Assembly (NCBI GenBank): GCA_035221665.1
Contig: CM069161.1
Location: forward strand, 4,154,001-4,218,000
Origin: Okamejei kenojei
Lineage: Eukaryota
Direction: 5' to 3'
Length of the DNA stretch: 64,000 nucleotides
Part shown: piece by piece, positions 27,226 to 39,809 of the stretch
How the letters are laid out: each line of letters begins with the position of its first letter
Position numbering within the stretch: position 1 is the stretch's first letter
Position numbers and translations under genes: made by a program
The notes under the pieces: generated by a model
What the model was told of the DNA's origin: nothing
Databases searched by the model: none
Seen by the model: the letters and a program-made list of their open reading frames with translations, nothing else

Positions 27226-30200
27226 TGTGTGTGCTTTTTTAAAAAATTTCTAAGTTAGCAAGAAGAAAAAGTACAAAACCTAATTTCATTACTGGAACTC
27301 CTGGATACTAAAGAATATTATCTTTGCTTTTCCACAGATGTTTAAATATTTTAACTAGAAATGTTACAGATGAGTTGTTGGTAGCATACATATTTTCTGC
27401 ATCTGAATTTCTTGGGGAGGTGGGTGGGTGGGGAAGAGGAAAAATAATATTTCTTTTCGAACATCAGTATTGGCACTGTAAATTTATTCGCTGAAATGTG
27501 TGTGGAGTTGGATAAAACTAAGTTACAAATGTTAAATCAGTATCTTAAAGGAGGAGATTTGCACAAAAACCTGCTGGAGTCGCCTTTTTGAATTCACTAC
27601 TACTTTCGGCCCGTAAAGTTTGTAAATGGGGAAAGGGAATATTTTCAAAGAAGGATCCAGAAGTTTTTAAATGGCTAGTAATTTGAAATAGATTTAAACC
27701 TAGTTTTCATGGTCACTAGAGTATGACACATACTGAGTGACATTGTGCAGAGTCACTAGGCTCCTTCCTTATTAGCTAGGATAGAACCTGCATGTTACTC
27801 AGTTGCAACTGGACCTTCCGTCCATAATTATTTATAGTAGCACAAAATGTATTCAGTTGCATAAGATTCTGGAAATTAATTTCTTGATTTCATTAATAAG
27901 CTGCTGGATTGATTCAGAACACAATGTTCTATCTGCAGTCTTAACTGTAGATGTGGAATGCAATTGGATTATGTTAATATCACAAAGTATTAGTTGCTTT
28001 TATAATGTCAAAAGCAAAAGATAAATTGTTTCCAGCTCGTTGCACTGAATGACTGACGGTTACGTCAGCATGGTCTTGTTTATTTTCTCTCTCGGTAATT
28101 TTATTGCAGTAAGTGATTTGCTTCCCACTATGAGATAAGTAATTTTTGATGTTTTGATGTAAACTGCTTTAATTCACGCAAACTACTGCCAGGATCAGTT
28201 TACTTTTTGGAGCACACTTGTGTAACAATGATTGTTTCAAAAATGAATCTGCAAAATCAGCAATAATTTCAACTGATTCTAATCCTTTAGAGCGTTCCTG
28301 ATTGAATGACAAGATATAAAGAGAACTGCATTTCCGCACCTTCCCAAGAGTGGCATTCAGTTCTACCATATTTTCACTTGCAGCATTTGGTGTGGTTACT
28401 GGTTTTGGGACCCTCGCCTCTGCACAATGGAATAGTAGGATATTTAGTCAAAAACTACCAGGAGCAAGTACATTGAACTTCAGTGCCTCTAACACAATGC
28501 TCTTGCTTGCTTCCAGATTTACACACCATAACCAGGAATTGTATGAATTGATAATGTTAGGAGAGATAAGATGTGTACGTCTTGAGAAGCTTCATTATCC
28601 CAAAGAAAAATAATTGTTATTTCACAGCTAATTTTGTACTCTGGTATCTGATTCTTTAATAATCCAGTTGATTAATGATTTGTTATATAACAAATCAAGT
28701 TTAGATTAAGTAGACTTTTAAAGATTTTTGTTTGCTAAAGCTGCTTCAATGATTTGCTGTTTGTAGTGATCACCAAGTAATTTATAGTTTGGTGCAGGTG
28801 TATCTTGTATATATTATTGGGAGGGTTTTTAAGCTTGAATGCAGTTTTCATGGTGCTACATTTGATTGATCTGACTTAGAATGTGTGGATTTTGTGCATG
28901 ATCTCTTCCATTAACTGCACCTCTTTTAATATATTTATTATATCTGAAATATTGGATGATGTTGAGGACATGTTGACATTTCCACAATTAATAAACTCCA
29001 TCTTTGACCTGGTGCATTTTAAGAGTTTTTAATTATCTGAATGCCTAGCAACTTGTATGATGTTCATATTGGGTTGTTGGTGTACTCATTACTAAATAAT
29101 GGTTTCTTCTTCAGATGTGAACCAGAAGTGAGAGCATGCCGTGCTTGTACTCTTGACCAAACAGTTCTTCTGTTTCCATTCTGCAGAGAAGGTCCATTTT
29201 TCTCTTTTGGGATGGCAGTTGACTTTCCTCGACCATGCTGCTAAGTTGTTCTGTCTTAAGTTGCCTTTAAGTTGTAGTATTCATTTTATTTCCGCATGTT
29301 TTGGTAAAAGTTGGACAGCGTGATGATTGAATGTTTTAGTATTTTTTTCTAAAAAGTTGTCATGTGCATGCTACTCTTGGTGATTGAAACTAGTATTATT
29401 TTTCAGAGAGCCTTCAATGGGTCATCTTTGTGTTAAGAATCCTAACCATTGTTCTTCACAGTTTCGATGTCGTCTTTTAAAGTGTTAGTAAAATTCAAAA
29501 AATTTGTCTTCATCCGAAGTAATTTTGGAATCGAAGAATCGAACAGCATACAGGCCATTCAACCAAACTCGTCCACATTGACCAGTGGACACTCCCTATT
29601 AACGCCCTCCCGTATTAATCCCATCTCGCAGCACTTGATCTAAAACCTATGCCAAAGCAATTCAAGTGCTCATCTTGATACTTAGTTGCTGTCCCAGACC
29701 GAGCTTCAATCACTCACTCAAGCAGTACATTCTAGCTATTTGGCCACTCTGGATGAAAATGATCCCCCTCGTGTCCCCACTTCCTTACTATAAATCCATA
29801 TCTTCAATGTTATTTAACTGTGGGAGGGGAAGCTTCCTGCAGACTATCGTGTCTATACTTACGAGTTTTGATTTTTATATGCCTCGACCAAGTCACCTAT
29901 TAATTATCTCTGCTCCACGGAGGAAAGATCTTGTTTCTCTAATCCCTTCTCATAACTGAACTGCTCCTTTCCAGGCAACATGCTGGTGAATCTGTTCAGT
30001 CTACTTGAGCTAATCTCTGCATCTAATGTTAAGTAATGCTTAACTCAGTCTTTGAATAAGTGACTGGTATGTTAAGTACTTGTTCATTTGATTTGGAATT
30101 TGAGGCCTATCGTATGTAGATGAATCTCCTTAAGGATTACTTTGGCTTTACTCTTCATCGAGAATCATTTTGGGATTCATGGAGAGTTGGTAGATTGGAT

Positions 30201-33200
30201 TCAAAATTGGCTTGAGTACAGAAGACCGGAGTGGAGTGGTGTTATTCTGACTGGAAGTCTGTGCCAAATGAATGCCATCCAGGTTTGTCCAACCTCTTAT
30301 AGCTAATGCCCTCTATTCTCGGCAGCATCCTGATGAACCTCTTCTGCACCCTGACCAAAGCCTCAACATCCTCCTGTGATTGGGTGTTGCTCTGATGCTC
30401 TGCCTTCTTCCCACATAATTATAGGCTGACAGATTAATTAATTACTTTGACTTACTTTAATTGTAGATTGGTGATAGGTGCTTTACTTTTTGTTGACACT
30501 TCTGAATTGCAAAATGGGCATCAACATTTCGGGTTGGGAACCTTCAGAGGTCTGAGAGGGGGGTGGGGGGAGAAGAGTCATTCCAAAGGGGAATGTTGGA
30601 GGCTGATGGGTGACCGTAGACATTGATAAAACTGAGACCGAGACAGAGTACATGATGAAAGTATTTTTCTCTAGAGACTCGCACATATTTAAGGTGAAAA
30701 ATTTAAGGCATTTCATGGGTACGTTTTTCCACAGGGAGGTGGTGAATATCATGAATGTACTGCCAGAAGAGGCGGTGAAGCAGATACGAATACAATGTTT
30801 GAAGGTATATGGACAGGTGCTTGGATTGAAAATGTATCAAGGAATACAAGTATACTATCAGATTAGTGTAGATGGAAATAGTGTGAAAGAGATGGGCCTG
30901 TTTCTGTGCTGCATGTTTCTGTAATTCTATGATTTGATAACCATCATTTGTTTCTTTAGCTTTGATAAAATTTCTGGTTAAAATAATCTCCCGTTCGTCC
31001 CTTTTAAACCCCTATATATAAATTTGCATTACCATAACCTTTTTTGAAAAAGAAAACAACCTTTGGTTAAGTGTTTGACTATTTAAACCGCGTCTCCTTT
31101 ACACATTGTAACATTGCCTATAAAACAAAATCAACATTGCGTTTTTGGGCACAGCACATAGACTTCAACCTTCCAAGATCCTGACATCCTTTGCATTCAA
31201 CAGCTATTGAAATGTGGTGGAGTACTGTATTGTAATGTAGAAACTTTAGTAGCCAATTTGCATGCAGGCTTCCACTAGCAGAGATGTAATGACCAGAGTA
31301 TTGAGACAAGTCCTTTGCGGTAAGAACCGTAATAAACAAATTTAATTGGTTAGATGGGATTTGGGGGGGGGGGGGGGGGGGGGGGGGGGGTAGAGAAGAT
31401 GGGACTCGTATTGCAGGCCTGTTCAAAAGAATAGTTGTTTAGTATCTGTTACCATTGACCCATTGGAGCTCAAGACATATCTGTTCCATTAATAATTCTA
31501 TTATTTCCAGTGTATGGTAAACTGATGCATGCATTCAGTTATCTTTTTCTAACATGTCGGGACATGGAAATTTCACAAGCCCCAAGCCTCAGGTCGTGAA
31601 TGGTTGAGTGTTGGATTTTTTTTTTTCTTGGTAATTAAACTGTTAAGCCCCTTTTGAAACCTTGGAAAGATTCACAAAGCAAACTTGAGGAAGTAACCAG
31701 CAATAGAGTTGTGGCGACAAGCTGCAACACAGAAGGATTCAATAAACTCTTGCTTTTGATTTCAGAATTCTTGATTTCCCTCACTAGCTCAGCTGTTCAG
31801 CAAGGTTGCATCAAAATCTACTTGCCCGTGTTCAAAAATTAGTAGTCTATCAATTTTTAGTAGTCCATTCAATTTTTGGATTTTTTTTTGCGCACTACAA
31901 TCGTATTAATAATGAATTTATATTTGCAGTAGGCCTTTTAACTCGGGGCAGAGAAGGGTTGTAACCTCCATTCAAAAAAATCGTAATCTTATCATATTGA
32001 CTTGTGGTTAAATATTATCTTTAATTTTAGAAAATGTCAGTTCTGTGATTTGAGATGAAATCAACAAACATTTAGAATTGAGTGCTGCGGGACTAATTGA
32101 ATGCTTGACGGCTATTATCCCTTCAGTTACCTGCACAGAATCCCTACTGAAATGGAGGTGCCTGAACAGGGTGTATAACAGCACACAGAAGAACCTAAAT
32201 ACAAACTCCTTGCTCCAATATAAAAGTCTTTCAACTATTTGACAGCCAGCCAAGCTGGCAAGATTAAATAGAGTTTTCATATGTACTGCGTATGTACCTC
32301 TTTGATTGGTGATTGTGATATAGAATATTTATTGATCTAAAATGATCACAGAGTATGCAGAGACAAATTAGTGTGAAGTATATTTGCTGCAGGAAATAGT
32401 TGGGGCAAGATAACCAAGATGTCTCTTAAAATGGAAGTTGCAGAGATGGTTTAAACAAATGCTAGGAAAGAATACTAATAGATTTTGAGCTGCTCAAGGA
32501 AAATAACAGGACTGTCTTATATAATTCTGTATTCTCTGGTATCCCTCTGTAAAATCAGTTTACAGTATGTGCTACTTGGATCTGGACACTGTAATACTGT
32601 TGTGGCCAAATATGACAAAGGGTCATTATGTCTTAGTGAAATGCAGCAAGGAAATGGGCCTTTCAGCTCACCAAGCCCATGGTGACTATCAACCACCCGT
32701 TTTCCCCTAATCCTTTCATTCTCCCCACATTCCCATCAACTCCGTCTGCCTTGGATCCTGCACGAGGGGAAATTTATATTGGCCAAGCAGGGTGCCAACA
32801 TGCACATTTTGGGGATGTGGAAGGACATTAGAACAACTGGAGAAAATTGCAGTCTCGAAGAATATCCACACTCCATGGACAGAACAAGCTCAAAATGATA
32901 CTTGTGTCTCTGGACTTATGTGACAGCATCTACTGATGAACACTTACTGTATGAACACTTCTGTGCTGCCCAACTACCACGTCCACCATCTGTGTTGGTG
33001 GGCCTTCACCTAATACTACCATTTCTCTTTCCACAGATGCTGATCTGCTGAATGTTCCCACCAATTTCTGTTTTTGTACCCAAGGCTGCTCTTTATAATT
33101 GTTCAACATGTACTTTTGTGTACTCTGGTTTGTAAATAAAAGCTATAGCTTTAAAAAAAAAACCTTTCTCAACTTGCTCATTTATCAATATTTAACAGAT

Positions 33201-35394
33201 CTCCCTTTCTATACTGGGCATATCCAATCACTTTGTGTACAGGGGATAGGTATACGTTCAATGTTGCCACAGGAAGTAGTTAAGGCATGTATTGTAAAGA
33301 ATATTAAAAATGCATTTAGACAGGTACAAATAGGAAAGGGGTGGAGGGATAAGAACCAAATGGGATTAGCTTACATGGAGTATCTTGGTTGGCATGGATG
33401 AGTTCGACAGAAGGGCCTGTTTCTGTGCTGCATGACTGTTGTAAGCAGGTGTTGCTGGTGCAGCAACTTTAATCCTCTGTGACCAATTGCACCTGTGGGT
33501 ATCCAACCTTAGTTTCATTTTCTGTTTACATGCATAAACCTGTCTTAGACCTTGTGCATTCTTGGAAAAGAGTAGACTAACACCATACCGTTGCTTGCTT
33601 TGGTCTTATTCCTGCTTTTCCCTCCTTTTTCAATTCTGCAGCAGAATGCCAATCCGTTTTACCAAATTTGGTTAAAGTGAATCTCATTGTAGTGTAGAAC
33701 GGAATAAATAACACACAATGGTTGAATTATACGCCTTGCTGTCTCTCAAACTTGGTATTTTAGTAACAATTTAACAGAACCTTACAATTTACGTCAGTGA
33801 AGGCTGACGATATGGAACAAGGCTACAGATTACATTTTCGGGCTGCAGTTTTTGGCACGGGGATCATCATTTTGCTTTCCTGAAACATGGCACATGAAAA
33901 CGGTGTAGTCACGTTTTGACAAGATGGCACATAGATTTTCTGTAAATTGTTTGGAAGGAGTTCAGCTGTGGAGGGCTGTCGTACGGTAGGTCCAGAGAAA
34001 ACGCGTGGTGATCAGGCGTAGGTCTTGCCCTTATCCCCGTCTGTTCTGCAGTTGCTGAGGTTAATAGGGTTGATCCAAATAATCAGTAAAGTGATGCAGG
34101 AAAATATCACTTTCTTTTCCAGACAAGGGGATGTGGTATTTGTCTTCCGAATCAAAAGACATGAAGCATTGATACCTTAAACCTTCCCTGCTTTTCCCCA
34201 TTTCCGTACCAATGTCCTCACCCCCTTTTAACTGATCCCGCTAGATCGCCGAGTCAGTCCCTCCACCACTACTTCTCCGTTTTGCTTTGATCGGGAAGAC
34301 TGAGTTGCTGTTTCTTCAATGGCCAGCGGATGGCCCCCCTTGCATGAAATTCCACACAAATCACTTTCACCCCACAAAATGTGACCCAGGCTCAATCTGA
34401 AAATTTCAGATGACAATTACTGTCGCTGGATTCCTGGTTAGAATTTAAATCGCTATTTATTTTGAGACCAGGGATGTACCAAATCCGCGAGTTCAAGATA
34501 AGACAATTAAACCAACCTAAACCAATTATAAAAATCCATGGCACTAAATGGATTAAAACTCTACAAAGACATAAGGGGTCTTGGCTGCCAGCAAATTAAT
34601 TATTTTTTTAAAAGACTCCAGTTTTAGCGGAAACCAGCAAAAACCTTTGTTTACCCCCTCTTAAAGCAACCAGATGGGTAATATCGCAATTATCGCCTAA
34701 CATCGGGAGAGGGGAATTAACTCCCGGGAACTTTTGTACCATAAAACCGGCGAATTTCATTTATTTATTTAAAAATGCAAATTATGTTATGTTTTCACTG
34801 ACTCCTTTGTTTTCCTCTGACAAAATGGGCCGACTGTCAGTGGCTACATTGTCCCTCAAGCTGTCGGGGAGGCTGCAGAGAGAATTATAATTTCGCTGAT
34901 TATATTCGCTGGCTCATCTCCACACTGGACGAAATATGTGCTGAGCGGGCGTGAGGCGGAGCCAGTTATTAACCCGTAATGTGCCTGGATTAACCCGGGG
35001 CTGTTCCTCTTTAAAACGATATCTGATATTAAATTACTAAAATTAGCAGTTGGCTGAAATTTAATTAAAAGCCCAAGACTATAAAGTCGTTTTAATAGCG
35101 TGTACGAAACATTAAATGTATTAATGTGGTTTGCACATATTTAAAATATCCATTTTAATTATTGTTCATATCAATGATTAATTATGTTTTCGGTTATTTT
35201 ATAAAGTTCAGACAAGAAAAAAACACGTTCCTTCCCCAAGTACATAGAATTAATCCAAATGCTGTTCAAAATCAGCATCTGATGTAAGACAGCCTTAAAC
35301 AGCTAATTGCATTTTGTCTTTAGTTAAGACTACAATCACAATAGGACAGGTAAGAACCAAGACATATTTGCCACATTGATACATTGAAATATAA

Positions 35395-35790
35395 GCTCAG
35401 AAGCAGGCCCTTCAGCCCACTAGGTCCACTCCGACCATCAATCATTCATTCACATTTATTCCATGTTATCCCATTTTCCAACTACACACAAGCAACAATC
35501 TACAGAGGCCAGGGTTACACAAAAAGCTGGAGAAACTCAGCGGGTGCAGCAGCATCTAAGGAGCGAAGGAGATAGGCGACGTTTCGGGTCGAGACCCTTC
35601 TACAGAGAAAAATACTTTCTACAGAAATCTACAGAGGCCAATTGCCTTCAAACCCGCACGTCTTTGGGAAGTGGGAGGACACCCACATGGTCACAGGGAA
35701 ACCGTATAAACTCCACACAGACAGCACCCAATGTCAGGATCCAACCCGGGGGCTGTCGCTGTCAGGCTGTAGCTCTACCAGCTGTACTTT
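35395..35790 (-). mobile_element. tRNA-derived SINE interrupted by a Penelope-terminus insertion
   Basis: Reverse complement of the SINE at 12130/44845; interrupted at 35512-35625, with AATCTACAGAGGCCA duplicated (35497-35511, 35626-35640). Confidence 0.8.
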
Positions 35791-36224
35791 TAAAATTGTA
35801 GGATGACAAATGACTGGAGAATTATGTAAAATGAATTATAATATTTTGAAATAATTATATGCTGGATTAGAATTTGGCCATTGTGTGTTACAATCGAGTT
35901 ACAGATCAAAGGACTGAGATAAAAGAATAAAACATTAATCCTTTTAATATAATCACTGTCAATTTAACCTCCAGCATGAAATATATTTTGCAACACATGA
36001 GTATGTTAAATGATTTTAAACGTAATATTTAGGAAACTTTCATTTGTGGAGGATTTTGTGTCTGCCAAGGTATGAGACTTGTACTTTGAGAATTGGTCCT
36101 ATGTGTCTGCCATAAAAAGCCCGAGCTTTGTGTTTTTATAGAACCTATCAGGATCCATGGAAGCTATCGGAACGTATAAATTGAGGCCTATTTTTTTATT
36201 GTGATGCTATATAAACAATTTTGA

Positions 36225-36495
36225 GCTGCTGCCTAACCTGGGTTCATTCCTGACCTTGGGTGCTGTTTGTGTGGAATTTGCACGTTCTCCCTGTGACTAT
36301 GTGGGTTTCCTCCGGGTGCTTCAGTTAACTCCCACATCCTAAGGATTTATAGGTTAATTGGCCTCTATACATTGCCGTTTGTGTGTAGGGAGTGGATGTG
36401 ACATTGGGATAACAGAACTAGTGTGAACGAATGATCGATGGCCGGTGTGGACCTGATGGGCCAAATAGCCTGTTTCCATGCTGTATCTTCCAATC
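36225..36495 (+). mobile_element. tRNA-derived SINE (V-domain, CR1-type tail)
   Basis: gggttcattcc head, gtgggtttcctccgggtgct central domain, gcctgtttccatgctgtatct tail. Confidence 0.8.
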
Positions 36496-37109
36496 GATGA
36501 ATATTAAGATCATGATCTGGAATATCATTTTAATAATGTTGGCTAAAAGATAAATATTGGCCAGGACACTGGAAGAATGCTGCATTTTCCCTTCTATATA
36601 ATGCCATAGCATCAAACCCATGGGCAATTAGTAGCTCTGTTAATCTCCCACTTTATAGGTTGGAATGAAGCACCGGGCTATATTTTGTGTGCAAGTCTCT
36701 GGAGCAGAACGTATCTTCTGTGTTTGGAAGAGATAGTACTACCCAATGAGGAATGACTAACATTCAGGGGAAATCATTAATCCGCTTGAGTTTGTTTAAC
36801 GGCAGCGTAAAACTAACGGATGGTTTTCGTTTTAATCCAAGTTTATGTAGACAGTCCAGGAAACTAAGCTAAGAGTATCTCACTGACATTCAAATTAAAA
36901 GGCATGATATCTCAGCTAGTTTTTTTCCAATAAAAACTGAATTATGTAGCTGGTAAAGTGGCACAATATTAATTCCAAGAACATCGGATGGTGTGAAAGA
37001 CTGATTTCAGGCAAAATGAATCTTTGCCAAATTTCTTGGGGTGGCAGGACTGAGCTGTTAAGAGAGATTAGGTTCATTTGGCTTGATTAGACTGTTGCAT
37101 TCCACAAGT

Positions 37110-37680
37110 AATTGCAGAAAGTTACAGCACAGATCATCATTGACTCCATCTCCACTTCACGCTGCCTCAGAAGAGCAGCCAACATAATCAAAGACTTGTC
37201 CCACCCTGGTTATTCCTTCTTCCAGCTCCAGTTCGGCAGAAGGAATAACCAGTTATTCCAGCACAGTTTCCGGTTCCACACAGGCAACCAGCCAACAGTC
37301 GATTTATGACGGTTGGCAGATCAATTTCCCTCCTGGGATAAATAAAGATCTATCATATCGCAAGGTACAAAAGCTTGGAAGCCGCCAGACTCAGAAACAG
37401 TTTCCTCCCCTCTGTCATCAGGCTCCTGAATGGTATTTCCATAATCTAGGGTACTATCAGATTCATTGAGCTCATTGGGCTTTATCTATGGAATGCTACA
37501 ATGGCTTTACAATGCTAAGAACTATATTCTGCACTCTGCATCTTCCCTTTCCTCTATCTATCTTGATTTTGAAAGGATTGTATCAATGTGAGGTATATCC
37601 GATCTGTTGGTATAGCACGCAAAACTAAGTTTTTTCACTTTACCTCCGCATACCTGACAATAAACCTAAACCTATTTCAA
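37110..37680 (+). mobile_element. Rex-Babar/L2-type LINE 3' end
   Basis: RCLRRAANIIKDLSHPGYSFFQL..GRR then RLRNSFLPSVIRLLN; tail tgacaataaacctaaacct. Confidence 0.75.
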
Positions 37681-38317
37681 TTGTTAGGATATGTCGGTCA
37701 ATGGATGCAGATGCTACTGTTATTAAAATTATGTTATGGTGATATCAGTGTTTGGAAGCATCTCAAATGTGCTGAACTCTGTACAAATGAGTAGGAAAAA
37801 GGTCTTGTACCCTTTCACTCCCAGTGGCATACGATATTCTAATGCATTATGTAGCCAACAGAGCCAGTTAGGATCAGGATAAGACATCAGCCTGAAGTGT
37901 TTTGTAGCATCTTGCACTACATTTCTGAAAAATAAAATTTGGGTAAAGTATCAATTATAATGTTTTGTTTAATGTAAGTCTCAAATTAGGCCAAGCGGAT
38001 AAACATACGTACGCTTCCTAATGTTAGAACTTCACAAAAATCCTGCAAATTTGTTTCTTTATGTTAATAGGTTAATTTTTACATTGGTAAATATTATTGC
38101 ATCTCAAAACCTGATTGCATTATTGCTTCTTATTCTTTTTAACCTACCCTTGAAAAATGCAGCATCAAATTGAAGGCTCAAAAGATGTCCAGCATCCAGC
38201 AAATTCCAAGAGCCTGGAATCTGGAGTACAAATCCAAGTGCTGGAGGAACTCAGAGAGTGAAGGAGAATAACATCAATGCCCTGCAATGACTTTTGGGAC
38301 AGACGTTACTCTGAAGA

Positions 38318-39809
38318 ATTGTTTTCGAAGAAATTATTTTGAAGAAATTAATTCTCTGTGGTTTGGGGCAGAACACCTGAATTGCATTTAAATTATGGGG
38401 TTTACAACTAAATTTATGAATTCTGAATTCGGTCTCGAAATTGGGTGGTGGTGGTGACTTGGGGAGACTTTTAAAAATGTTGAATTTGGAATGGACATGG
38501 GGAATCTGACTTGGGACTAATTGGAATTTTGATAGTTAATTGACTTTGTTATTATCTCGTCCTCATAAAGGCAGACAAGGATGGAAAGGATTGTTCAAAG
38601 GGATCCAAGAAGGATGGAATTGGAAGAAATCTGGTAATATGGAGTTAATGAGGGAATACGAGAGTTCAATTGAAATTAGGAGTGGAAATTGAAATAAACT
38701 TTGGGATTTAAAATAAGGGAAAACGAATCTAATAAAAGGAAGGAGCCAATAGAATAAAAGCGAGAACCCTTAGACAGATAACGATGCCAACCTTGTTAGA
38801 GTTAGAATAATAGTAAGAGCTGACATAATAGGAGTGACGATAATAAAGAACCATTAGAGTGGAGAGTTAGCATTATCACAGTAAGAGCTCTGATAAGGGA
38901 CCGTAGAGGACAGACTTGGTTAACTGAAGGGGGGGAAACTTATATTGTATTGGAATAGCAGAGCCGATGTGTATTTGCCTGATAGCTTTGAATTGTTTAA
39001 CCCTTGATGGTAAAGAGGCTTATATTATCAAGGTGGAGAGAGATTGTCCCTGGATTTGACATTTTCATTGGACTCTAGTGGTATGAAATTAGTGGTATAG
39101 AAATTGATTGTTTAAATTTGAACAGCTGGGAATTCAACAGAAATTGGAAAGGAATTGTAATATTGGCTACAATGCTGTGGACTGAAGAAGAAGATGGGAA
39201 TTGAAATTCAAAATGGTAAATTTAAGGCTGAGACTAAATTTGGTTTAATTGGAACATTTTTTTATGGTTTGCGTTAAATTAAAGTCACGCCTTTAGGGAA
39301 ATCTGGACCAAACCCAGTTGAAATGTATATGATTTTCTGTCATCAGGTATACATATTGTGTGAAGGAGAGGGAGATTCCAGAACAATCCTAGAGTAGTAG
39401 TGTAGGTTAGGGAGTACGAGCAATAGACATTAGAATAGGGCTAGTCAGGTTTCAGTGGAATGGGAATAACAAGTGTGTGGTATAATGGTAACTTGCTTTG
39501 TCCATAGTTTCTTAGGGTTTTTCTAGGATCTAGGTTCAACTGGAAGGTGATGGAAGACTGGGCAGGAACACGGATGAAGGGAGTTCGCGCCCATGAAAAC
39601 TCGGGAGGTGAAGATTCCTCAGACAGGACTTGTGAGGTCATGCCCATGCTAACTCGGGACGCTTCACAAGATTCTGAGCAGAGACAGATCATCTTGTGTT
39701 GCTGATAGATGGGAAATGTAAAGTGCACATATGTATATCTGGTTAGCTGGTGACTAAGCTACTTTAGTTGCCATTTATGATGGATTATCATAATGATTAA
39801 AGGAAGGAA
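38318..39809 (+). mobile_element. Putative internal remnant of an LTR retroelement/ERV
   Basis: Strongly purine-rich, C-poor strand; ends in polypurine tract AAAGGAAGGAA (39799-39809) abutting TG. No intact ORF; left boundary uncertain. Confidence 0.45.

Noticed and set aside
31363-31390. Long G homopolymers (also 3000-3014 and 49291-49312) as G-quadruplexes
   Set aside because: Homopolymer lengths are unreliable in assemblies and there is no other support for function.
35015-35035. atatctgata (and agtatctgtt at 31441) resembling U2 snRNA
   Set aside because: Only about 10 nt match; the rest of U2 is absent.
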